Below, piece after piece: positions 24,576 through 37,432 of a DNA stretch of 64,000 bases (position 1 is the first letter of the stretch; each line of letters begins with the position of its first letter). The translations under genes and the position numbers were made by a program. Source of the stretch: Scyliorhinus canicula (lineage: Eukaryota); contig NC_052165.1 of assembly GCF_902713615.1 (NCBI RefSeq), positions 70,571,480 to 70,635,479 on the forward strand, read 5' to 3'. Under the pieces are notes generated by a model. The model did no database searches and was not told the DNA's origin. It worked only from the letters and a program-made list of their open reading frames with translations.

Positions 24576-25654
24576 AAAAAATTAAACAGCCTCTTTCTCT
24601 TCTGATATTTTTTTATGCCCCCATGATTTTTCTCCCTGTTGAACAATAGTAGTACCCAGTTGATTAATGTTTAATTCATGGCGAATCCAGGATGGTTTGT
24701 GTCCTAGCTCTGGGCTGGATCTTGAACACAAAACCTCCTAGCTATGAGATGAGTCTGAGGAGCAGTAACTTCCATGCAAGCCATTATATTGGAGTCAAAC
24801 CATGCCCTCACTGCCAGTGCCACATAGGCTGCCATGAACTGTCGGTTCAGATGTATTTTGAGCATCGTTTGCTAGCCACTGATCCAGTGCCATATTATAT
24901 GGCATACTTATTCATAGAGACATTACTTAAGGGTAAGGGAGATGCTCTGAACTTCCCCACAAACATTCTGACAGCTTTTTGCCCCTTGCCTTCAACAGTC
25001 ATGACTCTTTATTAGTACAAGCGCATCATCAAACTGAACATTTCTCATTCTAGCCTGGGATGTTGGCAGTGAAGGGAAATTGTGTTCTGAGCCAATGTTC
25101 AAACATGCACACTTCAGCAGGGTTCAATGTGGGAGTGCTTAAACATTCCCTGCTGACATCTGCTCGCTCAGCAGAGAATGGAAATCAAACCCATATCTAG
25201 CTTAGCGATTCACTGCTTTAACCAGGTCAGCTATCTGGAAAAACTTGCCATTTTTTAATTCTCAAATCTTTGTTTGAATGTTCCAGACGCAAGAAGCCCT
25301 CATTACTTCAGTAAGTTGCAGATCGCACTCCTGGGATTTGCTGTGCTCTGCATGTCGATGACCTGCATGTTTTTGTATTCCACTTGCTATTTTCACGTCC
25401 CTCATTTCCCTCGTGAGTGCACTATTTACATTTTGGGGGAAAAAATGATATTCAAGGAACTGAGGAATTAATACATTCTCCTAACCCCAGCTGGTCCCAC
25501 TTTCCTTTGGGTAAGAAGGCGTGTAAAATGTGATAGTTACTGTGTCGCATCTGTCAGTGCACCATATAAAGCCTGGGAAACTGGGTCAGATTCCAGGTGA
25601 GTTGGGAATGTGCATTTGCAGTCTGTTCACATTCAAAATGGCTACTCTTTGAAT

Positions 25655-25838
25655 TATTATAATAATAATAATTGCTTATTGTCACAAGTAGGCTTCAATT
25701 AAGTTACTGTGAAAAGCCCCTAGCTGCCACATTCCGGCGCCTGTTCAGGGAGGATGGAACAGGAATTGAATTCCGCGCTGCTGGTCTTGTTCTGCATTAC
25801 AAGCCAGCTGTCTTAGCCCACTGTACTAAACCAGCCCA
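25655..25838 (-). mobile_element. Type D SINE
   Basis: (aat)n tail plus gcccactgtactaaaccagccc head. Confidence 0.85.
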
Positions 25839-26354
25839 GTGAGTCAGACAGGTTGTGGAATCACATTGCGAGCAAATTTTGCCTCGGACTAAGCCAAAAG
25901 AAGAAATACAGCTCGAACTGGACATAAGTAGAATCTTGCAGTTTCAGATGTAAACCGCAGCACAATAGCCTGCAAGGTTATACTTGGTCTTTATAATGGG
26001 TGGTGATGTGGTTTTTGTGGTGTGGGCTGTACTTTCTGATGAAGTACAGGCTAAGATTGTGCATCTTCCATTTGAGGGAACTGAAGCACCCACTGCCTAT
26101 GACAGCCTTTAATTTGATCACTGTCTGGCCTAAAGTGTGGAGCAAAGGTGTCTAGGGTTGTGGAGTGAAGCTAATGTCTGTGTGTATCACACTGTTGATA
26201 ATTGGATTCTGGAGCATTGTGATCAAATGCATTCTGGTTAGTCACAGAACGTTGTGGAACTGTCACAGTCGGCTCTAGGAAGGAAGCATTGTTGATCCAC
26301 CCAAACGGATGCTCCACATAACCTGATTTTTAGTCAATACAACATGCAATAATA

Positions 26355-27300
26355 CAAATTAGGAGCAGGTCATTCAGGCCCTCAAGCCTGCTCCTTCATT
26401 CGATAGGACCACTTTGCTACCTAGCCCCAATACTCTGCTTCTTGTCAGTCAATAATCTATCTGCTTCTGTCATAAAAAATGTTCAACAGCCCAGTATCCA
26501 TTACTATCTGGGGAAAAGAGTTCCACAGAGTTAAGGACACCGAGAAAAAATGTCTCCTCATCTCCATCTTAGTTGAGAGATTCCTTGTTTTTCAACTGTT
26601 TTCCTAGTTTTAGCCTGCCCCACATGGGGACACATTATTTCAGTATCCATCCTGTCAAGTCATACATCGTGCGCCGGTCAAAAATAATCACATTTTTCAG
26701 CACTTGGCCCACAGCCTTGTATGCCTTGGGATCGCAAGTGCACATCTAAATACTTGTTATGAGGGTCTATGCCTCCACCAGCCTTTCAGGCAGCAAGTTC
26801 CAAACTCCCACCACCCTCTGAGTAAAAGGTTTTTCCTCATATCCCCATAAAGCTCTCACCCCTTACCTTAAATCTATGCCTCCTTGTCATTGCTTCCTCC
26901 ACCAAAGGAAAATGTTTCTTCCTGCTTATTCTATCTAATAATTTTATGCATCTCAATCATGTCCCTCCTCGGTCTCCTCTGCTCAGAGGAAAACAACCCC
27001 AGTCTATCCAATCTCTCTTCATAACTAAAACTCTCCAGCCCTGGCAACACCCTGTTAAATCTCCTCTGCACCCTTTCCAGTACTATCACATCCCTTCTAT
27101 AATGTTCATTCCAGAACTGCACACAATATTCTAGCTGTGACCTAACCAGCGTTTTATACACCCAGCATAACCTCGGCTAAGAAAGGCAAGTATATCATAT
27201 GCCTTCTTACCCACTATATCACCTGCTCTTCTACTGTAAGGCACCAGAATACAGACACACCAAGGTCCCTCTGATCCTCAGTGCTTCTCAGCATCCTGCT
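26355..27300 (-). mobile_element. Two adjacent CR1 3' fragments
   Basis: ORF 26931..27161 reads YKTLVRSQLEYCVQFW...LERVQRRF...SYEERL. Confidence 0.9.
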
Positions 27301-28754
27301 GTCCCCTCAGGGTTCGTTTCAATAAGATAGCAAGACAACATTCATGCCCCTGCTCCCCATGAGTCTGGCAAGGACTGATTTGGTGCAGTCAAGGCACTGA
27401 ATTTACATCCAGCAAATCCATGGTAGCACAACACAGGCTCTTTTCCATATTCCCTGTCTCCCATTCTTTATCAACATTTTCTTTCTATCCACATTGCTCA
27501 GAAAAAGCTCAAGGATAGGTGGGATGAGATAAAAGATCCAAGAAGGGAAAGGAAATTAAAAGGGTCTGGAGCATTGAATGCGGGAGCAATAAAAGAAAAA
27601 GAAAGATATTGTATAGCTTTTCCAACATGGTTTTTTTGAAGCAAGAAATTCTTTCTATCAGTCAAAGAATGTCTTTGTTAAAACCAACATTTCCCTAAAT
27701 CTGTTGTCCATGAGCTGACCTGCCCTGCTTTGTATGACCAAGAAATGACTTGAAGGAACAAAGGGACTAATATAAACGGTTCTAAGTTAGGAACCAAACA
27801 AAGGAATGATAGACCCATGAGTGAATGATGGGGAGAGTACAAAATCATTCAAGCAGGGAAATAATTCCCTTAACGCTCTGCAAATGCTGTGTACACACTC
27901 CCTTATTTATAAATTATTCCCTGTTATTTATTTTTCAGAGTGCAAACTACTCCGGGGGGCCGGGAAATTCTTATTCCACCTCAGGGGAGAGTGGTAGCCT
28001 TTTTTTGTTCCACTAGCCTTCGAGGTCATTTGCCACAGACAATCGGTTTCATTATTGCTCACTCAAAAGCTCAATAGCAAGCAGCGGTAAAAACGGTTTT
28101 GTATCATATGGTTGTATCTTTTTTTCTTGTCAGATTTTTTTTCGTGAAGGCAGTGGCTCGCCTGAGGATGTAATAAAAAATTGATTACATTTTCTGTCAA
28201 CAGAGTGGTCGGGTGCTGCAGATGTGACCCTGTTAGTAACCCATGCAGAAAGATGCTACTTTAGATATACAGTAAATGCAACCTTTTTACTCTGATTTGC
28301 CAGCAGTCTTTACCTCAGCGAGGAATACCATTTGAAGCTGTGTGAGTCACAAATTACTTCTTGCAATAAATCGCCTCTGATTTTCTACAATTAGTAACTG
28401 CACTAGAAAAAAGAATAATGCTTGCCTGGAGCTGGGGGCTGTGTTGGGTGGGATAGGTTCTTACCTGAAATGGCTGATCACTGTTAGTGGGCAACACCAG
28501 ATTTTGCTGGGTGCAAACATTATTGTTTGGTGGAGTGGTGGCAAAGTTCATGGCATGCTAATTCAAATGTAATGTAAGTGATCAGATGCCTGTGCGCCAT
28601 TGATATCCTTCTATTTGGCTGAAAAGATCTGACGCAAAATTGAAAGGAGGTGCAGTTAACTGGCTATGTGAGATTGAATGTATCTATGTTGAAACGCCAG
28701 GATTTTTCTGGTTCCAGTTGCCTTCCAGTCATCTGAGCTGCAGAGTGCGTGCAG

Positions 28755-29225
28755 GGACAGGAGTAGGCCATTCAGCCCCTTGAACATGTTTTGCATCATT
28801 TAGTTAAATCTTACCTGATCTATACCCCAACTCAATTTACTCACCTCTGATATATCTCTTAATACCCTTACCAAACAAAAACCTATTGTTCTTTTGGGCA
28901 GTGTATTCCAGATTTCTGATAGCCTTTGTATGAAGGATGCTTCCTGATTTCAATCCTGCATGGCTCAGTTCCAACTTTAAGATTATGGTCTCTCATTCTG
29001 AGTCCCTGAGATACCAGAGGAAATAGTTTATCTGTCTCGACAAAACTGACTAGTTTAATCATTTTAAACTCTTAACCTTCTAACCTTTAGTGAATGCAAG
29101 CTCAGTTTATGCAACCTGTCCTTGTTATTTTACTCCTTAATCCTGGGTAGCTATCATTCTGGTGACTCTATGCTGCTCTCCTCCTCTCCTAATTACATCC
29201 TTCCTGAGATGGGATGTGAAATTCT
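28755..29225 (-). mobile_element. Old CR1 3' fragment
   Basis: caggagtaggccattcagccccttga terminal motif and gaggaaatagttt motif. Confidence 0.7.
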
Positions 29226-29267
29226 CATGCTTCGATTACATATCTGTAATGGGCTGGTTTACAAGTG

Positions 29268-29445
29268 GTTGGTTTAGCACAGTGGGCTAAATAGCTGATG
29301 TGTGATGCAGAATAATGCCAGCAGCTCGGGTTCAATTGCCGTACCGACCTCCCCGAACAAGCTCCGGAATGTGGCGACGAGGGACTTTTCACAGTAACTT
29401 CATTGAAGCCGACTTGTGACAATAAGCGATTATTATGATTATTAT
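29268..29445 (+). mobile_element. Type D SINE
   Basis: ggtttagcacagtgggctaaa...gacaataagcgattatt. Confidence 0.85.
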
Positions 29446-29778
29446 TATATTGGGGAAGCATGTTTAAACTATGCAGATTGGCAATCTCAGATCTGTCAAG
29501 GGTGCAGGGGAGCATTGAATTTGAGTATTGTATATCATTAAAGTGGTTTAGATTGAGCACCCCGCACTACTACTCTTCTCCTCCTTCTCCAATAGGAATT
29601 GGTACACGTGCTGGCCATTTGATGCCATTTATAATTCCACCGGTGAATAACCACGGTAAACCTTAATGTACCAGAGCCTAGAAGTCTAATATGACTTTCG
29701 TTAAACTTACATCACTTTAGGAAAACATTGGATTTGGGCACTTTTAGTGGCTAACATTCTGATTAAATTATGTTATAG

Positions 29779-30404
29779 TGTCATGTGAGAGTACCTTTAA
29801 GAAATGGGTATTTATAAATGGGTGTGTATATAAGTATCTGTAGTGAGAGTATCTTTAAGAAATGGGTGTTTATTACTGCAGTGATGTCAGTGAGTGGGTG
29901 GAGCTGGGCTGCCTGTCAGCTTTTTACTTTTGTTTTAGGCGGTTTGCTGCAGGGTGTTTTAGTTTCCTTTTCAGAGCTGGATGGCTGCAGTCACAGCCAG
30001 AAGGGGTATTAGTCTCTCTCTCTGTAATCTAAAAACTGTAAATCAATCCTTTGGTGATTTAAAACTAATAACTTATCTCAGTAGTGACTTTAACGTGATG
30101 TGTTTCTGTTCAAAGTTCTTTTTTAAGTCTTATGGATGTTAAAAGGACAGCTTAAGGATTACTTAGTGTTGTATTCTTTGGGAGTTGTATTTGAATTAAT
30201 GGTTGCTAAGATGTTCACTATGTTTTAAAACGGTTAACTTGAGTTCATAGAATAAACATTGTTTTGCTTTAAAAAATACTTTTCCATTTCTGCTGTACCA
30301 CACCTGTAGATGGGCCGTGTGCTCCCCATGCCACAATCTATTAAGTTGTGGGTCAGGTGAACTCCATGATACACTTTGGGGTTCTCTAAACGTGGCCCAT
30401 AACA
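29779..30404 (+). mobile_element. Solo LTR, 4-bp TSD ATAG
   Basis: TG...CA ends; ATAG at 29775-29778 and 30405-30408; internal gtgagagta(c/t)ctttaagaaatggg repeat; AATAAA at ~30251. Confidence 0.92.
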
Positions 30405-30751
30405 ATAGGAATGTCAATTAGATTTTAGAAATAATAAGGTCCAGAATTCAAAACTGGCTCCTTTGCTAATACCTTGGCATTTTGGAATTTAGTTATTGTT
30501 CTGTGAGTTTTTGTTTGCTGCTGTATCATGCTGGGGCCAGTATTCCAGCGGGTCGTATAACTATGGAGGTAGAGAGGATTTTAAACTAAATACTGGGAGC
30601 AAGGGATCAAATAAAGGTACCAATATGGGCAAATATAAACAAACGGCGACAAGAGGGGATAAAGAGTACATCAGCAGATAAGGCCAAAGATTACAAAAAT
30701 AATAACAGGACAAAACTATCGAAGTGCGCTTAGCATTCAAAGCAAAACAGG

Positions 30752-31056
30752 TGAACGGTAGCACAGTGGTTAGCACTGTTGCTTCACAGCACCAGGAACC
30801 TGGGTTCGATTCCCGACTTGGGTCACTGTCTGTGCGGTGTCTGCATGTTCACTCGGTGTCTGCGTGGGTTTCCTCCGGGTGCTCCGGTTTCCTCCCACAA
30901 GTCCCGAAAGACGTGCTTGTTAGGCGAATTGGACATTTTGAATTCTCCCTCACTGTACCCAAACAGGCGCCGGAGTGTGGCTACTAGGGGATTTTCACAG
31001 TGACTTCATTGCAGTGTTAATGTAAGTTACTTGTAACACTAATAAAGATTATTATT
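30752..31056 (+). mobile_element. Type C SINE
   Basis: Same structure as 6730-7035. Confidence 0.88.
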
Positions 31057-31614
31057 GAAATAAAAAAGTACAATCTGGCTGCAGAATGATACAGAGCTCG
31101 GGATATGCAAGTTAAAGGATACAAGACATTTAGGAAGGACAAGGAACTAGAAAAACATGGTGGGGTAGCGGTGGTATTGGAACAACAAGGAGGGATGGAT
31201 AAGCTCAGGAAATCAGGATGCAGAAACGGTTTGGGTAGGTGGGAGTAGTGTACAGGTCCCCTAACAGTATCCATACAGTAGGACAGAGTATAAAGGAAGA
31301 AAGAATGGGAGTTTATCAGAAAGGCATGGTGATAATTGTGGGGGTTTTAATCTACATATTGACTGGTGAAATCAGATGGGCAAAGGTTGACTAGATATTC
31401 AGAGGATGTTTTTGGGATAGTTTCTTGGAACAGCATTTTCTGGAGACAACCAGAGAGTCGGTTTAGGTCTAGTATTCTGCAACGAGATGGGATTAATTAA
31501 TAACCTCAGTGAAGGTGCCCCAAGGTAGCAACAATCATAATATGATTATATACAGTTTGAGAGAGAGGAGACTGAGTCCATTATTATTTTAAACTCAAAG
31601 GCAATTATGAGGGG

Positions 31615-31860
31615 GGGGGGGGCAGTGGTTAGCACTGCTATCTCACAGCACCTCCCTGTCTATCAGTTCCTTATAAATATCCAACACCTGGGTCACTGTC
31701 CGTGTGGAGTTTGCACATTCTCCGTGTGTTTGCGTGGGTTTCACCCCCACAACCAAAAGATGTGCAGGGTAGGTGGATTGGACACACTAAATTGCTCCTC
31801 AATTGGAAAAAAATAATTGGGTACTCTAAATTTAGTTAAAATAAATAAATAAATAAATAT
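31615..31860 (+). mobile_element. Type A SINE (with an internal replacement)
   Basis: Head, core and tail present; (aaat)n end. Confidence 0.8.
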
Positions 31861-32384
31861 CCATCACCTTCCCCTCACTATTTGTCCTCCAACAAGAGCT
31901 TGTCTTGCAACGCCGGAGGCGGCAGTCCTGGAGAGGATGGCTCTACTATTCATCGTTAACTAAAAAAGTTAAAGATAGCATCAAATTTAACAAAAACAGC
32001 ATATAATTGTGCAAAGATGGGTGGCAGGTCAGGAGATTGGACAGAATATACAAAAACAGGAAAGAAGATTAATAAGGAGGGAAAATTTGAGTTTGAGAAA
32101 CAGCTAGCTAGAAATATAAAAACAAATATGAAGAGTTTCTCCAGATTTTTAAAAATGGAAGGAGTGATTCTGGGGAATTAATAATGCAAAACAAGGAGAT
32201 GGCAGATTCATTGAACAGTTATTTTGTATCAGTTTTCCCTGTAGAGGGTACAAGTAATTTTCCAGAAGCAGCTATAAACCAGAAAATGGAAGGGAGGGAG
32301 GAACTCAGGAAAATTCATCATCAGAGAAGTGGTACTGAATAAATAGTTGCAGCTGACAGGTTCCCAGATCCTGAAAAACTTCAG

Positions 32385-32915
32385 ACGGGATTCTCTTATC
32401 CTGAGGGTAAGTGTTGATGCCGTCATAAACGGCATCAACATGCCCCTAGGAGCAGCGATTCTGACCCCGACAAGGGGCCAGCACAGCATTGCAGCGACCC
32501 ACGTTACTCCAGCTGCCGATACCGGCGTCAAAGGGGCGCCGCGGGTCTGCGCATGAGCAGTGGATCCCTTCTCTGTACCAGCCCCGACATGGTGTAAGGC
32601 TACAGGGACCGACGCAAAGGCAAAAGAGGCCCCCAGCCCGAGAGGCCGGCCCGCCGATTGGTAAGCCCCGATCGCGGCCAGGCCACAGCGGAGGCCCCCC
32701 CCCCTCCTCCCCACCAGGCCACTCCCTGGAAGGATGCATGCCGAGGCCCCGCCGGGTAAGAACACACGTGGACATCGCTGGTGGGACTCGGATTTTTTTT
32801 ACGGGCCGCTCGGCCCATCCGGGCGGAGAATTGCTGGACAATCGGCGTTCCGGCATCGCGAGATTCGCGCCCAGCGCTGTAATTCTCCGGCCCGGCCTGG
32901 GCTGAGCAAATCCTG
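32385..32915. mobile_element. GC-rich Harbinger-like MITE, family 1
   Basis: cgggattctc start; collinear with 42921-43580 and the reverse of 53175-53842. Confidence 0.8.
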
Positions 32916-33509
32916 CTCTTCATTCTAGGGTCTTAAACAAAGTGACTAATGGCATAGTTGATGTGTTGGTTTTAATGTTCCAAAATTCCTTAGATTAGGG
33001 AAATTAGTTCATTAGGTTGGCAAATAGCAGATGTAACTCCTTTATTCAGAAAGGAAGACTGAAAGTGAGGAACCTACAGGTTAGTTAGTGTAACGTCTTG
33101 TCATAGGGAAAAATTTAGGAGCTATTATTAAAGATTCATAGCAGGGCACTAAGATAAATTCAAGGAATTAGGGAGAGTCAACATGGTTTTGTGGGAAGGA
33201 AATCATGTTTAATCAATTTATTGGAGTTCTTTGGAGAAGTAACATGTGCTTTGGATAAAGGGAAACCGATGGATGTACCGTACTTAGAATTCCAAAAGGC
33301 ATTTCAAAGTGCCACATGAAAGGTTATTATGGAAAATCAAAGCTCATGGTGTAGGGGATAATATATTGGTGGGGCTAGAAGATTGGCTAGCTAATAGGAA
33401 ACAGTAGGCATAAATGGGTTATTTTCTGGTTGGCAAGATGTAAAATGTGGTGTGCTATGGGGAGCAGTGCTGGGGACACAGCCTTTTACAATTGCATAAA
33501 TCACTTGGT

Positions 33510-35670
33510 TGAAGGGATTACAGCTGTTAAAATTAATATTCTGCCGAGGTTCTTATTTACCCTTCAGGCTCTCCCAATCTTTATACTAAAGGCCTTTTTT
33601 CGGAAAGTGGATCATTTCTGACTTTGCATGGGCGGGGAAGGTGCTGAGGGTGGGGAGGTCCCTGCTGCAGAGGCAGCAGGGTGGGTTGGTATTGGCAAAC
33701 TTGCTTCATTATTATTGGGCAGCGAATGTGCACAAGGTGCAGTGGTGGTGGGAAGGAGAAGGGGTAGACTGGGTTAGGATGGAGGAGGAATTTTGTAAGG
33801 GGTGACGGCAGAGGAATGAGGACCCGGTGAAAGGTAACTGGGCCCTGTGAATTTATGATGCGGTTGATGAAATAAAAGACTTTTAAGAAGCTTGTTGGAC
33901 TATCACATTGGCGATGATGATGAATTGGAGCTGTTAGAGTGCTGCTTGTTCGGCTGAGCTACCTCCCTGGAATTTTTTTTTTTAAGGAGTGGACTACAGT
34001 ACAGAGTTTTTTCTGGAACCTGAAATGTTATGGAAAGCGAGCGCAAGGCCGAGTTTTTTTTTTTCTGCCGGCTTCTGAAGTGTGTTCGCTGGGAGTGATC
34101 TGGAGTCTGACGTGTCTGGCAGTACCGGATGCGATATCTTCTGAGTGACTTCCGGTGTGGGTTGCGTAGCGTTTCGTCCGTCTCTGTCTGCTGTTGTTCC
34201 CTGATGCTGGCAGCGTGGTCCACCGGGGAGTCCATTCTCGATTCCTGGAACATCATTCTGGTCGTGAATATGGAGTTATGTTTGGAAGACTGTTCTGTGG
34301 CTGCTCGGACTGTGGGATTTGCAACAGTGATGTTTTGCCTGCGAGCTGACAGTTGTACAACTGCAGGTTTTGTGCCTAGAGACTCTGGTGTTGAGTCGAC
34401 TGGACATTCCATATGTGACTTCTGGTCCTGTGGCGGCTTACGTGGAACCCTGCTTTTTTTATTTGCGCTGTGTGTTTATTTGCCTGTGTAGAGGTACTGT
34501 AAGAATGTTGGGGCGACAGCTCCCTGGGCATTTTGGTAGGTGCTTTATTTTTAGGTAGAATTATGGTGCCCGATTTTCTTTAAATTAAGGGGCGTTTGGG
34601 AGTTGCGGGATGTTGAGGCGGATGTTCTCCAAGGTTCCCCCCACCTGTTCCCTCTGTGACTGGAGGCATGCCATGCCGATTTGGGTTGATGGGTCCGATG
34701 CCGTGGTGCGTGCCATCCCCGGGTTCGGCTGTTGGCAGCTTCGCCCCCTGTGTGACTGGTGAGGGTGTCGGGCCGGACGTAATGCTTGACGTACACGCCT
34801 GCCCGTCCTGCTTCCCCGTTCGGTGGCGCCTTATCTGAACCAATTTTCTTTTTAAGGTTTGTTGTCTGGCCACTGTGGGGTTTGCACCCGTTTGGTCCTC
34901 TCCTATCCTCTCCTCCTTAATGGTCATTCTTGCAAGGGGTTTTCGGACTTGGGGGAGGGGGGGCGGGGGGGGGGTGTAATAACCTGTAGTAACCTGCACA
35001 GGACTCATCCAGCTGGGGATGATTTTTTCCCCGTGCTCAATTAGACTGAGTTAACCCAGCAGTAGCATAAGGCAGGCAGCTGTAGAGCCAGCTAAAGAAG
35101 AATGAGGACCCGGTGAAGGTATGATGCTGTAGCTGAAATAAAGGACTTTTAAGAAGCTCGTTGGACTCCCCTGGCCTTATCTCGGGGACTTTGCGCTAAA
35201 GGTCTGGAGGGAACCCAGGGACACACCCTGTTGGAGCAGCTGCTGCTCCTGGATGACACAACCTGTTGGAGCAGCTGCTGCTCCTGGATGTGGAAGGGGA
35301 GGGAAGAATTGGGGATATATACAAGTGGCTGGGGGAGCAGGGAAGCGAGCGGGTGGTGAATATCAAAGAGAAATGGGAAGTGGAGTTGGGAGGTGAGATC
35401 AATTGGGGAGCATGGAGTGAGGCACTGCATAGGCTAAACAGAATCTCCTCATATGCAAGGATGAGCCTGATACAGTTTGAGGTGGTGCACAGGGTGCATA
35501 TGACTCGGGTGAGAATGAGTGGGTTCTTTCAGGGAGTAGCAGATGAGTGTGAGAGGTGTGGGCGGGGGCCAGTGAATCTCTCACACACATGTTTTGGGGT
35601 TGTGAAAAATCGGGAAAATTCTGGGCGCGAGTGTTCTTAGACAGGATAGTGGCTAAGGTCTGGAGTCAAG
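33510..35670 (+). mobile_element. L1 ORF2 3' fragment split by an LTR element
   Basis: VKINILPRFLF..LP and YYWAA (33520-33725); resumes with IQFEVVHRVH...DECERCG...H (35185-35640). Confidence 0.88.
33810..35184 (+). mobile_element. Old non-coding Gypsy-like LTR element (5' LTR truncated)
   Basis: Direct repeats gaatgaggacccggtgaa...aataaa..gacttttaagaagct.gttggact at 33814-33901 and 35100-35167; PBS-like tggcgatgatgatg at 33909; G-rich PPT 34951-34974; 3' LTR starts tgtaata at 34975. Confidence 0.8.
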
Positions 35671-35679
35671 GCGTCAAGG

Positions 35680-36184
35680 CGACGCGCCGAGAATGACGCG
35701 ACGGCGGCGCCTAAGTGACGTCAGCCGAGCATGCGCAGGTTGGCCGGCTCCAACCCGCGCATGCGCGGTTGCCGTCTTCCCCTCCGCTGCCCCGCAAGAC
35801 ATGGCGGCTTGATCTTGCTGGGCGGCGGAGAGGAAAGAGTGCGTCCCTTTGAGACGCCGGCCCGACGATCGGTGGGCACCGATCGCGGGCCAGACCCCTC
35901 CCAAGCATGGCCGTGGTGCTCACTCTCCTCTCCGCCCCCCATAAGCCTCAAACGAGCATCTGGCGCCCATGTTCGTGACGGCAGCGACCAGGTGTGGTTG
36001 CCGCCGTCATGAACCGGTCGGGAACGGCAGGCCGCTCGGCCCATCTAGGCCGGAGAATCGCCGGTCGCCGTGAAAAAAGTGACCGGCAATTCGGCTTGGG
36101 GGGGGGGAGCCAGGGTGGCGTGTCGTGAGTCGCCCGGCCCTCCCGTGATTCTCCCACCCGGCGTGGGGAGCGGAGAATCGCGCC
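35680..36184. mobile_element. GC-rich Harbinger-like MITE (5'-truncated)
   Basis: Right TIR ggagaatcgcgcc; subterminal ggagaatcg repeats. Confidence 0.78.
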
Positions 36185-37231
36185 CATGGTTAGACAAATA
36201 GAAGGCAGCCATTTGGCTGCCCCCAACTTAATGCTTGTGGAGTTGCCTCAATAGTTTTACCAGGGACACCAACCACTGTGTTTGCCGAGTAACTTGCCGG
36301 CTCCACCGGAAGTGGCATTATTACCAATGCCTCCAAGTTAGATAACCCAGACTCCATCTAAACCCAGAGAGCCCCGGATCCCGGCACCTTCTCCGCATTG
36401 GCTGCCCAGTAATAAAACAGCCCGTTTGACAGCGCTGGACACTCTACCTGTCTCTTCCTCTGGAGGACTCCTCTCCGAATCCTAGGGGCCTTACACGCCC
36501 AAATAAAGCCGGATCTGAAATTTAAAAAAATCTCAGCAAGATGTTCATCTTAACCAATTGAACCCGGCCCACCAAAGATAATCCCCTCTGCAAGTCTGCC
36601 TTAGCTCTACTCACCGAGCTTGTATAATTCAAACTCCAAAGCCTCGCCCAATACCCAGTCAACTAGCTTCCGCTACACGAAATGTCAAGCCCTCCCAGTC
36701 AACTAGCTTCCGCTACACGAAATGTCAAGCCCTCCCAATGCACCAAACACAAAATTTTCACTCTTCCCGAAGGCACTGAAGCTCTGCAAGATACACACAA
36801 TATTCCATCTTGACAACAACGGGACCCCCGCTTAGCAGCAAATGATCTGCATATACTGATACCCTATGCTCCACTCCCCCTCTAACAATCACACTCCATA
36901 TACCCTATGCTCCACTCCCCCCCTAACAATCACACTCCATACATTCAAGGCCCTCAAATCAATGACCAATCGCTCAATTGCCAATGCAAACAAGGGAGAC
37001 ATTGGATATTCCTGCCTCGTACCCCGATGCAACCGGAAAGACCCCAAGCTCATAGTGTTCATACAAACACGAGCAAATGGTGCCGCATACAACAGTCGTA
37101 CCCATGGCACAAACCTAAACTTCCACAACACCGCAAGGAGGTACCCACTCCACCTGGTTAAATGCTTATATCCACACACACATACACACACACACACACC
37201 CTGTCGAATGATACAATTTTTGAAATTTTTT

Positions 37232-37432
37232 AAATGTAAATTTAGAGTACCCAATCATTTTTTTTCCAATTAAGGGCCAATTTTAGCCCTACCCTGCACA
37301 TCTTTGGGTTGCAAGGGTGAGACACACGCAGACACGGGGAGAATGTGCAAACTTCACACCGACAGTGACCTAGGGCCAGGGTCGAACTCGGGGCCATAGG
37401 CAGTAGTGCTACCCACTGCTCCACCATGCCGC
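37232..37432 (-). mobile_element. Type A SINE nested in L1
   Basis: aaatttagagtacccaat...ccaccatgccgcc. Confidence 0.85.

Larger units (their letters stand above)
30555..33505 (+). mobile_element. Fragmented CR1 LINE (EN to RT) with nested SINEs and a MITE
   Basis: QHGF..GKSCL.NLLEFF, DVPYLEFQKAF and W..A.VTPLF.K motifs at 33020-33330; EN remnants at 31100-31550. Confidence 0.88.

Noticed and set aside
25491-25510. 20-nt cag|...|gtaaga exon candidate
   Set aside because: Not frame-preserving, short pyrimidine tract, no supporting context.
35221-36940. Short tandem duplications (~35-42 bp at ~35223, ~36646, ~36859) as an array or CRISPR
   Set aside because: Two-copy local duplications inside L1, with no spacers.
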